A DNA stretch of 64,000 bases from Candidatus Thorarchaeota archaeon (GCA_046758445.1 JBHIAE010000003.1:32001-96000), one strand, 5' to 3'. Positions 29,662 to 41,004 are shown, numbered from the stretch's first letter. Program-made: numbers and translations. Notes: generated by a model not told the origin, from the letters alone.

Positions 29662-31857
29662 TCATATGTATCCTGGAGGTGTGGTCTCCATAGCTTGAGT
29701 GGATCTGCGCATCTCCCTCTCTATCTTCTCAAATCGTTCGATATCTTCTGGCGTCACCGAAGCGTGGATGGCGGCCAGTGCAGACTCGAAGTGCCTCCAA
29801 GAAACAAGATTAGCATCCAAGTCCTCGCGAAGGGCACGCATGCCCGCCTCACGACAGACGGCTTCAATATCCCCACCAACATATCCTTCAGTTTGATCTA
29901 CCAGCGCACCTATCGAAACGTCTGAGTCAAGTGGCATGCCATCTGTGTAGATATGGAAGATCTCCTTCCTACTCTTGGCATCTGGAGCTCTTACATAGAC
30001 AAATCGGTCGAATCTCCCAGTCCTCAGCAGAGCTCTGTCAATCAAGTCGGGTCGGTTTGTTGCGGCGAGGACGATTATGTCCTTCATTGATTCGAGTCCA
30101 TCCATCTCGGTGAGGAGCTGACTGATTACTCTCTCTGTGACATGACTGTCACCGCTACTCCGGCCTCTAGTTGGAGCAATCGCGTCAATCTCGTCGAAGA
30201 AGATTATTGCAGGAGCGGCAGTTCTTGCCTTTCTGAACACCTCTCTAATGGCCTTCTCACTTTCTCCGACCCACTTGGAAAGCAGCTCCGGGCCCTTCAC
30301 ACTGATGAAGTTGGCCTCACTCTCAGTTGCCACAGCCCTGGCAAGGAGTGTCTTTCCGCATCCCGGTGGACCCCAGATAAGAACGCCTTTTGGAGGCGAA
30401 ATTCCGATTCGGGTGAATGACTTTGGTTTCTTCAACGGCCACTCGACTACCTCAATGAGTTCCTGTTTCACCTCAAGTAGGCCGCCTACATCAGTCCAAT
30501 GGACGTTAGGTACTTCAATGAACACCTCCCTCACGGCAGAGGGCTGTATCTCTCTCAGCGCCCCAAGGAAGTCAGGGTTGTTGACCTCCAATTGGTCAAG
30601 GACTTCCGGAGGTATCTCTTCCTCTTCGAGGTTTATCTGAGGCAGGTATCTTCTCAGTGCCTTCATGGCTGCCTCTCTACAAAGCGCATTCAGGTCTGCG
30701 CCCACAAAGCCGTGCGTTATCCTCGCAAGGTTCTGAAGGTCCACTTTGTTATCACCTTCAGAGGTAAGAGGCATTCCCCTCGAGTGAATATGCAGTACCT
30801 CCAGCCGCCCGGTCTCGTCCGGCACTCCAATCTCAATCTCGCGGTCGAATCTTCCTGGACGTCGTAGAGCGGGATCTAGAGCATTGATTCTGTTGGTGGC
30901 ACCAATCACTATTACTTGGCCTCGAGCCTTTAGGCCGTCCATTGTTGCAAGAAGCTGCGCCACTACACGGCGTTCGACTTCTCCCTGAACGTCCTCTCGC
31001 TTTGGCGCAATGGCATCTAGCTCATCGATGAAGATTATACTCGGCGCGTTCTCCTCTGCCTCTTCAAAGATCTTCCTGAGTTTCTGTTCAGACTCGCCAT
31101 AGAACTTGGACATGATCTCCGGACCATTTATGTGAACGAAATTGGCCTCCGACTCAGAAGCGACAGCCTTTGCAAGCAATGTCTTGCCTGTTCCTGGTGG
31201 TCCATGGAGAATAAGTCCGCGCGGAGGATCAATACCCAAACGCTTGAATATCTCGGGATGCCTCATTGGCAGCTCAACCATCTCACGGATTCGTTGAATT
31301 GCATCAGCAAGACCCCCGATCTCTTCATACGTCACCTGTGCAGCGCCAATTACGTCACCAGTCGGTTTTTCGGCAATAGATAACATACTAGAATGCTGAA
31401 CCACAACAGTACCTGCAGGTTTGACTGATGTGACCTTGAATGGAATCGCTCTCCCGAGAATGGGAATGAATACTGTGTCGTTTAGAGTAACTGGACAGTT
31501 CAGGAGTTTTCTCTTGACGAACTCCTCAAAGCGTGGCTCAGGCCGAATTGGCACAGAAGTCGGTGCAAGAGTGATGTTGCGTGCAGGCTCCTCATTTGCC
31601 CGACAGACAGTCACTTTCTCACTGAGACTCACGCCAGCGTTCCTGCGTATTCTACCATCCATGCGGATGATCTCTCGTCCCTTGTCTCCCTGATATGCTG
31701 GCCAGGCAATTGCAGCTGTGACTCGCTTCCCTTTGATTTGGATTATATCTCCAGTTCTGACTCCAAGCTTTTCCATAGACATGGCATCGATTCGTACAAT
31801 GAACCTGCCAATGTCTCTGTGTTCGGCCTCTGTTACCTTCAGAACTATTTCGACCAT
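29662..31857 (-). CDS. cdc48: CDC48/VCP AAA+ ATPase
   Basis: N domain, two AAA modules ([16 protein letters not shown]), C-terminal HbYX-like GYI. Confidence 0.98.
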   Translation of the reverse strand: MVEIVLKVTEAEHRDIGRFIVRIDAMSMEKLGVRTGDIIQIKGKRVTAAIAWPAYQGDKGREIIRMDGRIRRNAGVSLSEKVTVCRANEEPARNITLAPTSVPIRPEPRFEEFVKRKLLNCPVTLNDTVFIPILGRAIPFKVTSVKPAGTVVVQHSSMLSIAEKPTGDVIGAAQVTYEEIGGLADAIQRIREMVELPMRHPEIFKRLGIDPPRGLILHGPPGTGKTLLAKAVASESEANFVHINGPEIMSKFYGESEQKLRKIFEEAEENAPSIIFIDELDAIAPKREDVQGEVERRVVAQLLATMDGLKARGQVIVIGATNRINALDPALRRPGRFDREIEIGVPDETGRLEVLHIHSRGMPLTSEGDNKVDLQNLARITHGFVGADLNALCREAAMKALRRYLPQINLEEEEIPPEVLDQLEVNNPDFLGALREIQPSAVREVFIEVPNVHWTDVGGLLEVKQELIEVVEWPLKKPKSFTRIGISPPKGVLIWGPPGCGKTLLARAVATESEANFISVKGPELLSKWVGESEKAIREVFRKARTAAPAIIFFDEIDAIAPTRGRSSGDSHVTERVISQLLTEMDGLESMKDIIVLAATNRPDLIDRALLRTGRFDRFVYVRAPDAKSRKEIFHIYTDGMPLDSDVSIGALVDQTEGYVGGDIEAVCREAGMRALREDLDANLVSWRHFESALAAIHASVTPEDIERFEKIEREMRRSTQAMETTPPGYI

Positions 31858-32107
31858 TGCTCAACAACAACCTCCGGTTCTTGTATGGTGATAATCCAGA
31901 AACGGGGTGGGTCTTCGGCAACCCGCCAGCAACACCAAGCTTCCCATACTCTGGCTTCCATGAGAGGGTATTTCTACACCGAGATAATCTCCCAGTAAGC
32001 GATTGTTGATTTCAAGTGATTGCCTCAAGTATGTTGTTATAAACCCTGAGTTCTGTTCTTTAACCCCTTACTGGTTCAATATGAACTTACGTCGTAGGGC
32101 GCGGTTC

Positions 32108-32377
32108 CTACATCCGTGAAACTCGTTCTACCTCTACTTGTGAAACACCTTCAAGGGTGCATATCGCATCCTCAATGTCATCAGTGCCACCCAACGACTC
32201 ATCGCGAGCGACATTCATCCGAAGTGCTTTGAGGCCGAACGCTATTGGAGTTATCTCGGTTGCTCGGACATCAGTATCCTCTGGTATGACCGCCTTGATG
32301 CGCTCAAGCAAGTCATCTAGATCCACGTCAACATCTTCTGGCATAACTTTCAACGTAACAACCACTCTTGCCATCAC
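32108..32377 (-). CDS. ef1b: elongation factor 1-beta
   Basis: LKVMPED, PIAFGLKAL. Confidence 0.95.
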   Translation of the reverse strand: MMARVVVTLKVMPEDVDVDLDDLLERIKAVIPEDTDVRATEITPIAFGLKALRMNVARDESLGGTDDIEDAICTLEGVSQVEVERVSRM

Positions 32378-32396
32378 CCATCAGCTCCCTAGACAA

Positions 32397-32564
32397 TCAA
32401 GGCCCCTCAAAAGCACAGTTGGGGCAGGTGTATTTGACAGAGAAACGTCTACAGACCTCGCACCGCCATATCATCAAGTCGCCACAAGACGGACACTGGA
32501 ACTTCACGCTGTCCTCCTGTGGAGAGATTGAGCGGTGACATGATGTACATCTAATTGCTCTCAT
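32397..32564 (-). CDS. DUF1610 zinc-ribbon RNA-binding protein
   Basis: CTSC..FQCPSCG..IWRCEVCR..YTCPNCAFEGP, in its usual position upstream of ef1b. Confidence 0.9.
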   Translation of the reverse strand: MRAIRCTSCHRSISPQEDSVKFQCPSCGDLMIWRCEVCRRFSVKYTCPNCAFEGP

Positions 32565-32756
32565 GTTAGACAAGTTACCACCAGAAGTATTTCTCAAGGG
32601 ATGCGTTTCATTGGGCCCCTTTCTGCGTTATTATAAACCTGCCGAAGCGTACATTCCGACAGTCTTCCCAATTGTGACCAGAACCAATCAGTGATGCTCA
32701 ATTCATATATGCAAGGATTAGGGAATTGATATAGACATCAGTCAGGAGAGGAATTC

Positions 32757-33791
32757 ATGGGCACCAAACTGGGTGACATAATGAACGCAGATGTGATAAC
32801 CCTGCGAGAACTTAGCGGTCGTGCAATCGCCATCGATGCTTTCAACACCATCTATGCTTTCCTTGCTAGTATTAGACAGCCTGACGGTACTCCCCTAAAA
32901 GACAACAAGGGACGTGTCACCAGTCATCTTTCCGGGCTCTTCTACAGGAATCTAAACCTTCTCGAGCACGGAATAAATCCTGTCTACGTGTTTGACGGCG
33001 AAGCACCCACCTTGAAGGCTGCAGAAGTCGAACGCAGGAAGGAGTTTCGCGAGGCTGCAAGAAAGGAATGGGTACGTGCAAAAGAGGAAGGGAGAATTGA
33101 AGACGCTAGAAAGGCAGCCCAGGCCAGCTCAAGACTGACCACACCAATGGTCGAGGACAGCAAGAAGCTCTTGACTGCCCTAGGGATTCCGGTGGTTCAG
33201 GCCCCCTCTGAGGGCGAAGCTCTCGCCGCGCAGATGACTCGATCTAACACCGTGTGGGCCAGTGCGAGCCAAGACAATGACTCGCTGCTCTACAATTGCC
33301 CGCGAATGATTCGTAATCTGTCAATATCAGGGCGTCGTAGGGTATCCCGTTCGAAGACCTATAAGACGATACACCCTGAAATCATCGATTTGGACTTGAA
33401 CCTGAAGCTAATGGGTATAACGAGAGAGCAGCTCATAGATATTGCAATTCTTGTTGGAACTGACTACAACGAGAAGTTGGAGGGTGTTGGTGCCAAGACA
33501 GCATTGAAGTGGATCAAGAAGTATGGCAGTTTGGAGAATGTGGAGGCTGAGAGAGGAATCACACTTGATTTCCCCTATCCTGAAATCAGAGAGATCTTCT
33601 TGGATCCTCCAAGGATTGAACTTCAGGAACCTAAGTGGTCTGAACCACAAAATGAGGACCTAAGACGAATACTCTGTTCGGAACACGATTTCAGTCGGAA
33701 TAGAGTCGAGAAATCACTAGAGCGACTTCGTACAGCGCTCAAAGAGGTCAGAGGGTCCACACAGCAGAGCTCTCTTACGGATTTCTTCTGA
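32757..33791 (+). CDS. fen: flap endonuclease 1
   Basis: IRQPDGTPL, VTSHLSG, APSEGEA, GTDYN, C-terminal PIP box QSSLTDFF. Confidence 0.97.
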   Translation: MGTKLGDIMNADVITLRELSGRAIAIDAFNTIYAFLASIRQPDGTPLKDNKGRVTSHLSGLFYRNLNLLEHGINPVYVFDGEAPTLKAAEVERRKEFREAARKEWVRAKEEGRIEDARKAAQASSRLTTPMVEDSKKLLTALGIPVVQAPSEGEALAAQMTRSNTVWASASQDNDSLLYNCPRMIRNLSISGRRRVSRSKTYKTIHPEIIDLDLNLKLMGITREQLIDIAILVGTDYNEKLEGVGAKTALKWIKKYGSLENVEAERGITLDFPYPEIREIFLDPPRIELQEPKWSEPQNEDLRRILCSEHDFSRNRVEKSLERLRTALKEVRGSTQQSSLTDFF

Positions 33792-33870
33792 GTAGACTGT
33801 TGGATTCAGACTCCGAGAATGATAAATACCAAAGCAGAAACAGGACTAGTGTAGCAGGTGAAGCACACGC

Positions 33871-34563
33871 ATGCAAGAGAGAATAACGGCAGTTCGTGCG
33901 TCAATAGCTGACATAATCAACGGAACGTACCAGAATGTAAACGGGCCTCATGTCGTTTCTCCACACGGGGTCGAGCTCAGAAGAGTTGCTCTCGTGGGAT
34001 TCATTGTAGATCAATACTCGGGGCAGGGTTTCGCCAGCATTACAATAGATGATGGAACGGAAACAATAAGGGCGAAGGCGTGGGGCGGAGAGGCCAGCTC
34101 CCTAGAGAAGGTTGAGCAGAACATTCTAACACTGATTATCGGTAAGGTACGGGAGTACGAAGGAGAGGTCTACCTCGTACCGGAGATTGTGCGCGAGCTC
34201 GACGATCCGAACTACTTGTCCGTCCATCAGCTGGAGCGATACATTGCCATGCTTACAAGGAGCGGAGTCAGTTCCTCTGTGACTTCCGACTTGGAAGACT
34301 TCCTCCCTGAGCCGCCTCCACCGAAGCCGGCAGACAAGGAGAAGTCCGGAGGAGTAAAGGTTGCAGGCAAGATCTACAAGCAGATAATGCAATTTATCGA
34401 GAACCACGCAGACAAAGATGGTGTTCCCATTGATGACATAGTTGGATTCTTTGAGGAACGCGGCCATGATCGCACCGATATCCAGTTGAAGGTACTGGAT
34501 TTGCAGGGGCAAGGGAAGATACTGGAGGTCAGTGTCGGTGTTTACAGGCCGGCTGATGCATGA
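33871..34563 (+). CDS. replication protein A subunit RPA2/RPA32-like (OB fold + winged helix)
   Basis: ITIDDGTETIRAKAW, IIGKVREY, Pro-rich linker, C-terminal wH ..GKILEV..GVYR. Confidence 0.78.
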   Translation: MQERITAVRASIADIINGTYQNVNGPHVVSPHGVELRRVALVGFIVDQYSGQGFASITIDDGTETIRAKAWGGEASSLEKVEQNILTLIIGKVREYEGEVYLVPEIVRELDDPNYLSVHQLERYIAMLTRSGVSSSVTSDLEDFLPEPPPPKPADKEKSGGVKVAGKIYKQIMQFIENHADKDGVPIDDIVGFFEERGHDRTDIQLKVLDLQGQGKILEVSVGVYRPADA

Positions 34564-34622
34564 TTGAATCGGAACCGTTCACCGAACGACAGCTTAATAG
34601 CGAATATGGAGTGGGTTGACAT

Positions 34623-35036
34623 ATGGACGACTACGATAGCCTATTGGACAGAGCAAGATCTCAAGTTCCCGAAGACGCGTTCAAGCGGTCCGGAGAGCGA
34701 TTCAACGTCCCTGGCGTGCAGCTCATGGTTCAGGGCAACAGGAGTTTCTGGCAGAACTTCCAAGAAACAATCAGTATCCTGAATCGACCTGGGAAAGAAG
34801 TGTTGAAGTACATTGCCGGACAATTAGCTACTGCCGGGAACATTGAGGGTAGCAATGCGATATTCAACGGCAAGTTCACTTCAGAACAAGTTGATGCTGT
34901 ATTGAGTCGCTATGTCGAGTCCTACGTGATCTGTCCTGTTTGTACTCGTCCTGACACAAGCATGGCAAAGGAAGGAAACGCATACTATCTCGTATGTCAG
35001 GCCTGCGGTGCTCGCACTTCTGTAAGGCCAATATAG
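34623..35036 (+). CDS. eif2b: translation initiation factor aIF-2 beta
   Basis: YDSLLDRA, ERF, YVICPVCTRPDT, CQACGA. Confidence 0.95.
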   Translation: MDDYDSLLDRARSQVPEDAFKRSGERFNVPGVQLMVQGNRSFWQNFQETISILNRPGKEVLKYIAGQLATAGNIEGSNAIFNGKFTSEQVDAVLSRYVESYVICPVCTRPDTSMAKEGNAYYLVCQACGARTSVRPI

Positions 35037-35048
35037 GGGGCCAAGTAG

Positions 35049-35351
35049 TTGGTCAGTGTGTACTTGCGAGTTCGTGAAACTCATGATGGACACTATCTCG
35101 TTGCTATGTGTGACGAAGGTCTCCTAGGAAAGACACTGGTGGAAGGAAAAGTGAAGTTCAAGGTGTCAAAGGATTTCTACGGAGAAGAGCTTGTAGACGT
35201 TACGACCTGTGTGGAACATCTCAACAGAGCCACTATTGCCAATATGGTTGGGTCGACAAGCGTGGAAACCGCGATCAGTGCCGGTTTTGTACATGAGCAG
35301 GCTGTAGGCTACATTGAGGGTCATCCACATGCACAATGGGTAAGACTCTAG
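35049..35351 (+). CDS. DUF424 family protein
   Basis: LVAMCDEGLLGK, FYG, ATIANMVG, PHAQ. Confidence 0.9.
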   Translation: MVSVYLRVRETHDGHYLVAMCDEGLLGKTLVEGKVKFKVSKDFYGEELVDVTTCVEHLNRATIANMVGSTSVETAISAGFVHEQAVGYIEGHPHAQWVRL

Positions 35352-35419
35352 ACAAATAGAGAGTCTGACTGCTCAGGAAAAGCGCATAATCCAACCACGT
35401 TTTAAGCAAATCGTGAAGA

Positions 35420-36508
35420 TTGGAACTGTTGATGAAATTGAAAGCCCCCTGTTATGAGTGTGGAGAAAAGGCCGTAGTGGAAGGTCTCTGCGCCAACTGC
35501 TACGAGAAGGCACATCCGCTCATTCAGATACAGTCTCCACTTACTCTCTATTCTTGCAGGAGGTGCGACGCGGTGAAGACTCCGGGGGGTTGGACGCCAA
35601 TCACCGAGGTCCTGCCGGACTCGATCCAGACGAATCTGTATCAGGTCCGTATAGCGTTGGACCATGAGGTACAACGTTTCAAGGACCACGTTCAAGTTGA
35701 CTTCACTGAGGAGAAAAGGCTAGACAGAGTACTTCACATCACTGTTTCTGCATCCGGGAAGTCCCATGAGTCAATTCCTAATCACACCGAGAGCTACCGC
35801 GTAGAAGTCAGGATGAAGAATGGCACGTGTGACACCTGCTCAATGATGAGCGGCGGGTATCACGAGGCGATTCTCCAGGTGCGCGCCGATGGCCGCCAAA
35901 TAAGTGAACCTGAAGAAGAACAGATAATGTCCGTCCTCACTGATATGACCGTCGCTGAGTATGGGAAAGACGCCAAGGCATACGTTTCAGAAACAAGCAA
36001 AGACAAACATGGACTTGATTTCAAGATAGGCTCTGAACATCTGTGCCGCCGAATTGCTGATGAGCTCGAATCAAAATACCTTGCCCAGCGGAAAGAGAAC
36101 TATAAGCTAATTGGACAAGATCGTGGCGGCAAGCGGAAGTATCGAATCACCATTCTCATTAGACTGCAGAGATTCACTGTAGGTGATTTTGTCCGGGTCG
36201 GTGACGTTCCTTGCCAGGTTATGTCAATGGGCAAGAGTGGACTCACCTGCTTTGACCTGACGGCCCTACAGAGCTTCACAATCAACACAAAGAGTTCCAA
36301 ATGGAGAACACTAGATTTCATCTCTCCTGAGTCTACAAAACGACAGTTCATGGTTGTTTCGAGAGCCTATGGTCAGCCCATTCAGATTATGGACTCCGAA
36401 ACCTACGAGATGTTTGAGATTGATGACAATGCCCTCTCTCAGGAGATAGGTGGAGGCGAAACAATCTTCGCGGTCTTGCTCGAAGACAACATCTATCCCC
36501 TTCCTTAG
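35420..36508 (+). CDS. nmd3: NMD3 family ribosome biogenesis protein
   Basis: CYECG..LCANCY, CRRC, CDTCS..GGYHEAILQVR. Confidence 0.9.
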   Translation: MELLMKLKAPCYECGEKAVVEGLCANCYEKAHPLIQIQSPLTLYSCRRCDAVKTPGGWTPITEVLPDSIQTNLYQVRIALDHEVQRFKDHVQVDFTEEKRLDRVLHITVSASGKSHESIPNHTESYRVEVRMKNGTCDTCSMMSGGYHEAILQVRADGRQISEPEEEQIMSVLTDMTVAEYGKDAKAYVSETSKDKHGLDFKIGSEHLCRRIADELESKYLAQRKENYKLIGQDRGGKRKYRITILIRLQRFTVGDFVRVGDVPCQVMSMGKSGLTCFDLTALQSFTINTKSSKWRTLDFISPESTKRQFMVVSRAYGQPIQIMDSETYEMFEIDDNALSQEIGGGETIFAVLLEDNIYPLP

Positions 36509-36622
36509 TTACCAGGGCGAATGCCCCTCTAAGTGCCTGAAACAAAGAGCTACGCTTAAATGCGCTCCCAAGTCACACTCTGCTAATGCCCAGGCCGAAT
36601 GGGTCATAAACGGAGGAATTAG

Positions 36623-36952
36623 TTGCCCCGACGAGGTAAGCGCCGACACCAGGGTCCGCCAACTGAAGAGCTAGTTCGTGTTAGAACGCCCAAGCGAGAT
36701 GAGGGAGAGATGTTTGGCATCATAATACAGATGCTTGGCTTTGACAGGGTCAGAGTTAGATGTGAGGACGGCGAGATTCGAATAGGAAGAATACCTGGCC
36801 GCATGAAGAAGAGGGTGTGGATGCGTGTCGGTGACACAGTACTGATAGTACCTTGGGAGTTTCAGTCTGATTTGAAGGGAGACGTTGTTTGGCGTTATCG
36901 CCAAAACGAAACTGACTGGCTCCAAAAGAAAGGCATCTTGAAGATGTTCTAG
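36623..36952 (+). CDS. eif1a: translation initiation factor aIF-1A
   Basis: MLGFDRVRVRC.DG, RIPGRMKKRVW, PWEFQ, WRY. Confidence 0.96.
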   Translation: MPRRGKRRHQGPPTEELVRVRTPKRDEGEMFGIIIQMLGFDRVRVRCEDGEIRIGRIPGRMKKRVWMRVGDTVLIVPWEFQSDLKGDVVWRYRQNETDWLQKKGILKMF

Positions 36953-37000
36953 GCCAACCTTTTTCTGAGTAGTCAGTGGACGACTTGATACGAGGCATAA

Positions 37001-37813
37001 GTGCTTCTCGAAGGAAGGCACCCTGAGTTGAAACGACTGGACAGAGAGCATGAGCGGATTCTCTCTGAGCTCGACCGCCGTAAGATGAAGCGGCGGAAGG
37101 ACTCAGATGAGTTCAAGGTTGTTGAGGGCGTGATTGACCCGCCGACGCTCAAAGCACTCTACAGGCTACTAAACAAAGGAGTCATCAATGCAGTACATGG
37201 CACCATCAGCACAGGGAAAGAGGCAAATGTCTATCGAGGAGAAGACCTTGATGGACAGCCGGTAGCAATCAAAATCTATCGGGTTTCTACTGCAGAAACT
37301 GACTTCATGCTCGAGTACATCGTGGGTGATCCAAGATTCAGACGTATCAAGAGGCGAAGTAGAGCACTGATACCTCAGTGGACACTCAAAGAATACAAGA
37401 ATCTCACACGATATCATGATGCGGGAGTACGCGTTCCCAAGCCAATAGCCGTCGACCGAAATGTACTGGTCATGGAGTTCATAGGTGATGCAAAGACTGC
37501 TGCTGCGCCTCTCATGAAGACAGTAGAGGTGCCGTCACCCGTGAAAGTCTTCAATCAACTCATTGAGATGGTTCAGATTGGTTACAACAAGGCAGGCCTT
37601 GTTCACGCTGACCTGAGTGAGTATAACGTACTGTGGTTCAAGGGACCTGTGATAATTGACGTTTCTCAGGCCGTACTCACGACCCATGACAACGCTAAAC
37701 GGTATCTGATTCGTGACATCCAGAACCTAGCAAGCTTCTTCCGGAAGCTAGGAGTGGAGCCGGCGAATCCTGAAGAGATTGCCGAACACATATTGTCCTC
37801 TGGTGAAGAATAG
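37001..37813 (+). CDS. rio1: RIO1 serine/threonine kinase
   Basis: ISTGKEANVY, AIKIYR, LVHADLSEYN, IIDVSQAV. Confidence 0.95.
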   Translation: MLLEGRHPELKRLDREHERILSELDRRKMKRRKDSDEFKVVEGVIDPPTLKALYRLLNKGVINAVHGTISTGKEANVYRGEDLDGQPVAIKIYRVSTAETDFMLEYIVGDPRFRRIKRRSRALIPQWTLKEYKNLTRYHDAGVRVPKPIAVDRNVLVMEFIGDAKTAAAPLMKTVEVPSPVKVFNQLIEMVQIGYNKAGLVHADLSEYNVLWFKGPVIIDVSQAVLTTHDNAKRYLIRDIQNLASFFRKLGVEPANPEEIAEHILSSGEE

Positions 37814-38380
37814 ATGCATTTCCAAGAGACCGTCAGAGTTCCTGCAGAAAGAGTAGGCGTCATCGTTGGGCGCAACGGCAGAGTCAGGAAGAAAGTAGAG
37901 CAACTGACAAACACCAAGATTGAGGTAGACCCTGAAGGTGTTGTGACTATTAGGAGTCCAGAAGACACTGAAGATCCTGTTTTGGCATGGAAGGCTCGTG
38001 ACATTGTTCGAGCCATGGCTCGTGGCTTTAGTCCTAAGAACGCCCTCTCCCTCATTGATGAAGATGCACGACTCGTAATCATCTCGCTCAGGGAGATTGT
38101 TGGGTCTTCACCCAACCAGCTGAAACGAGTTGCAGGCAGAATCATTGGAGAGAATGGCAGAACAAGAAGAGCAATTGAGCAGACGACCGAGACCAAGATA
38201 TCCGTATATGGAAGGACAGTTTCACTGATTGGTTTTGATCCTGGTCTCCAGTATGCACATAGAGCCGTCGACATGCTAATTGGAGGAGCACCTCACAGTG
38301 CAGTCTATTCAATGCTTGAGAGAGCTCGAAGACAGATGAGTCGCCTTGAAGCGGAGCTGTGGGAGGACACTGACCTCTGA
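37814..38380 (+). CDS. KH-domain RNA-processing protein (Dim2/Pno1-like)
   Basis: RVGVIVGRNG, ARGFSP, GRIIGENGRTR, GAPH..VY. Confidence 0.92.
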   Translation: MHFQETVRVPAERVGVIVGRNGRVRKKVEQLTNTKIEVDPEGVVTIRSPEDTEDPVLAWKARDIVRAMARGFSPKNALSLIDEDARLVIISLREIVGSSPNQLKRVAGRIIGENGRTRRAIEQTTETKISVYGRTVSLIGFDPGLQYAHRAVDMLIGGAPHSAVYSMLERARRQMSRLEAELWEDTDL

Positions 38381-38434
38381 ACCTAGAGGAATTGTAATAC
38401 CTCCTCTAATAATCCCAATTCCTCATTCTCTTAA

Positions 38435-39961
38435 TTGGCTAAGATGAACAGGACTCACAAGTCAGAAGAAGACTTTCGAGGAATCTCACCGGCAGAGTTC
38501 TTCTATAGAAATCGTCAGATGGCAGGCTTTGGAAATCCTACCCAGTCAGTGTACTCAACAGTCAGAGAGCTAGTTGAGAACAGCCTAGATGCCTGCGAAG
38601 ATGCTCAACAACTCCCGAGAATACGGGTCTGTATTCAGTCCCATCGATCCAATATACTCACAGTGAGTGTTTCCGACAATGGAGCAGGAGTTCCATATGC
38701 GCACGTTCCGGAGGCCTTTGGTCGAGTTCTCTATGGTAGCAAGTTCGGGCATAAACAGAAGCGTGGTACTTTTGGTCTAGGGGTCACAATGGCTATCCTC
38801 CATGGACAGATCACAACTGATGAACCTGTTTCGGTTCACACTCGAACAACGGAAGGTCCGGGTATGATCTTCCGAATTCTCATTGACGTCGAAAGAAACA
38901 CTCCCATTGTCGAAAATAAAGAAGTATTGAGAAGGAGGGAGCAAGGCACCACCGTGACTGTCAAGTTAAGAGGTGACTTGAAGCGCGCTCAGGAGAGAGT
39001 AGAGGAGTATCTTAGACTGACGACTGTGGTATCCCCGCATGCTCAGATCGCACTCGTGATCGACGATTCATCAAGCAAGGTCATGGGCGGGTTTGTCGAC
39101 ACAGTCCCTGAAATGCCAGTCCCAACTAGACCGCACCCTAGGGCCGCAGATCTGGAGCTGCTTCGCCGACTCATTGAGAGTAGCAGGCCTAAGGGGCTTC
39201 GGGACTTCTTGATTGATTCCTTTCAGCAATTGGGAACTAGAACTGCAACCCGACTCCTCGGGTTTCTAGCAATGGACCAAAGCATTCAAGTTAAGACGAT
39301 GGAACGCGAAGACATCTCTCGACTAGGTGCGGGACTTCGTAGATTCGACGGTTTTAGTAGTCCTAGTGGTAAGAGTCTGAGTCCCATCGGGAAGGATGCT
39401 TTTCTCAAGTCGGTGGCAGCTACCTTCAATACGAAAATGCTTAGCTATACACACAGTGCGACTTGTGAATGGGGCGGCAACGCCTTTGGAATTGAGGGAG
39501 TAGTGGCATTGGGTGATGATTTTCCCTCGGCAGACATACCAACGCTCTACCGATTCGCCAATCGTGTGCCTCTTCTTTATGACGCAAGCGAGGACATCCT
39601 GTCCAAGGTGCTAAGACAGGTCAACTGGTCGAGGTACGGTAGAACAGGCCCGAAACCCGTTGCATTATTCATCCACTTCTTCTCCACGAAGGTACCATAC
39701 AAGGCAGCAGGAAAGCAGGCTATCGCCCAGACATCTCAGATTGAAGAAGCGGCTCTGGCGGTCTACCGCAGACTGGGACGTTCTCTGAGCAAATCCATCA
39801 AGAAACACAATCGTTCCCTACGGGACACCAAGAGGATTAGGGAGTTCTCCGAATTGTTTCGATTGGTGGCTAAGTATGGATCAGCCCTGGCAGAATCGGA
39901 AACAGTCCCTTCTACCGCCAAGATGGTGAAGATCCTTTTCGAGGCGAGTGATGATGTCTGA
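38435..39961 (+). CDS. top6B: DNA topoisomerase VI subunit B
   Basis: ISPAEFFYRN, RELVENSLDA, DNGAG, RGTFGLG, RFANRVPL. Confidence 0.95.
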   Translation: MAKMNRTHKSEEDFRGISPAEFFYRNRQMAGFGNPTQSVYSTVRELVENSLDACEDAQQLPRIRVCIQSHRSNILTVSVSDNGAGVPYAHVPEAFGRVLYGSKFGHKQKRGTFGLGVTMAILHGQITTDEPVSVHTRTTEGPGMIFRILIDVERNTPIVENKEVLRRREQGTTVTVKLRGDLKRAQERVEEYLRLTTVVSPHAQIALVIDDSSSKVMGGFVDTVPEMPVPTRPHPRAADLELLRRLIESSRPKGLRDFLIDSFQQLGTRTATRLLGFLAMDQSIQVKTMEREDISRLGAGLRRFDGFSSPSGKSLSPIGKDAFLKSVAATFNTKMLSYTHSATCEWGGNAFGIEGVVALGDDFPSADIPTLYRFANRVPLLYDASEDILSKVLRQVNWSRYGRTGPKPVALFIHFFSTKVPYKAAGKQAIAQTSQIEEAALAVYRRLGRSLSKSIKKHNRSLRDTKRIREFSELFRLVAKYGSALAESETVPSTAKMVKILFEASDDV

Positions 39962-41003
39962 GAGAAGCGGAGTAGACATTCTAACAACTGTGGGGAGGGA
40001 GATAGTCAATGCAATCCAACGAGGCGAGTTTCCGACTCTGAATCTACCCGACAGAGGGACCACAAATATCCTCTATGACCCTAATCTCGACCAGTTCATC
40101 CTTGGGAGTTCCCAAGTGAAGCGTGACTCCAGCAATCTCAAACACGTTCGGAGTTTTGCACAACTCGTCTGGGTTGCTCATTTCGCCAAGCAGCTTCTTC
40201 AGGCAAAACGTACCAGCTCACTTCGAGACCTATACTACTCAAGTGAGGCATTTGGTGTGGAGTTCAGCAATCAGACAGAATCAGATAGAACGATCGTTGA
40301 CCTTGAGTGCTTGACTGGTCTGTCGAGGGAGGCTCTTGGCATATTTCCTGAGGAGCACTCATCGATCTTCGGAAGCATGACAATGCAGTATACCGTTCCC
40401 GGCTATGAGGGCAAACAAGTGGATCTTACAATGAGTCCAGATGGTCTACCTGTGGGCCGCGCTCTCACGACCGCTCAGCCTCTGAGAACGGATGCGGAGG
40501 TCATACTGGCCGTAGAATCAGGTGGCATGTTCTCTCGGTTGATAGAAACCATGGCATGGGAAAGATACAAAGCTGTACTGGTGCAGTTGGGAGGACAACC
40601 TCCGAGATCCACCCGGGCCCTGATGAGAAGAATCCACGAAGATCTCGGTCTTCCTGTCTTCATATTTACCGATGGAGACCCTTGGGGAATGCACATTGCA
40701 CAGGTGGTAATCAGCGGCAGCGCAAATTCCGCTCATGTAAAGGGACTGACGATTCCCTCTGCTAAATGGATTGGTGTGACTCCAAATGACATAGTTGAAC
40801 ACGCACTGCCTTCAGAACCCATGACCGATGCGGATCTCAAACGCTTGGACGAGCTAGCTCGGGATGTTCGCTATTCCAACAGAGAATGGCAGGAACACAT
40901 CAAGCAGTTTCGGCGGCTTCAAAAGAAAGCGGAGCAGCAAGCCTTCAGTAGACACGGAATGGACTACGTTGTCGACACCTATTTGTCAGACAAGCTGGCG
41001 TAA
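39948..41003 (+). CDS. top6A: DNA topoisomerase VI subunit A (Spo11 family)
   Basis: LRDLYY (catalytic Tyr), AVESGG, DGDPWG, KAEQQA. Confidence 0.95.
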   Translation: MMMSERSGVDILTTVGREIVNAIQRGEFPTLNLPDRGTTNILYDPNLDQFILGSSQVKRDSSNLKHVRSFAQLVWVAHFAKQLLQAKRTSSLRDLYYSSEAFGVEFSNQTESDRTIVDLECLTGLSREALGIFPEEHSSIFGSMTMQYTVPGYEGKQVDLTMSPDGLPVGRALTTAQPLRTDAEVILAVESGGMFSRLIETMAWERYKAVLVQLGGQPPRSTRALMRRIHEDLGLPVFIFTDGDPWGMHIAQVVISGSANSAHVKGLTIPSAKWIGVTPNDIVEHALPSEPMTDADLKRLDELARDVRYSNREWQEHIKQFRRLQKKAEQQAFSRHGMDYVVDTYLSDKLA

Positions 41004-41004
41004 T

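Noticed and set aside
9146-41003. Inteins in atpA, hef, cdc48 or top6
   Set aside because: All have normal lengths and no C...HN splice-junction insertions
34623-41003. eif2b-DUF424-nmd3-eif1a-rio1-KH-top6B-top6A as a novel system
   Set aside because: This is a widely conserved archaeal gene neighbourhood and the catalytic motifs are ordinary
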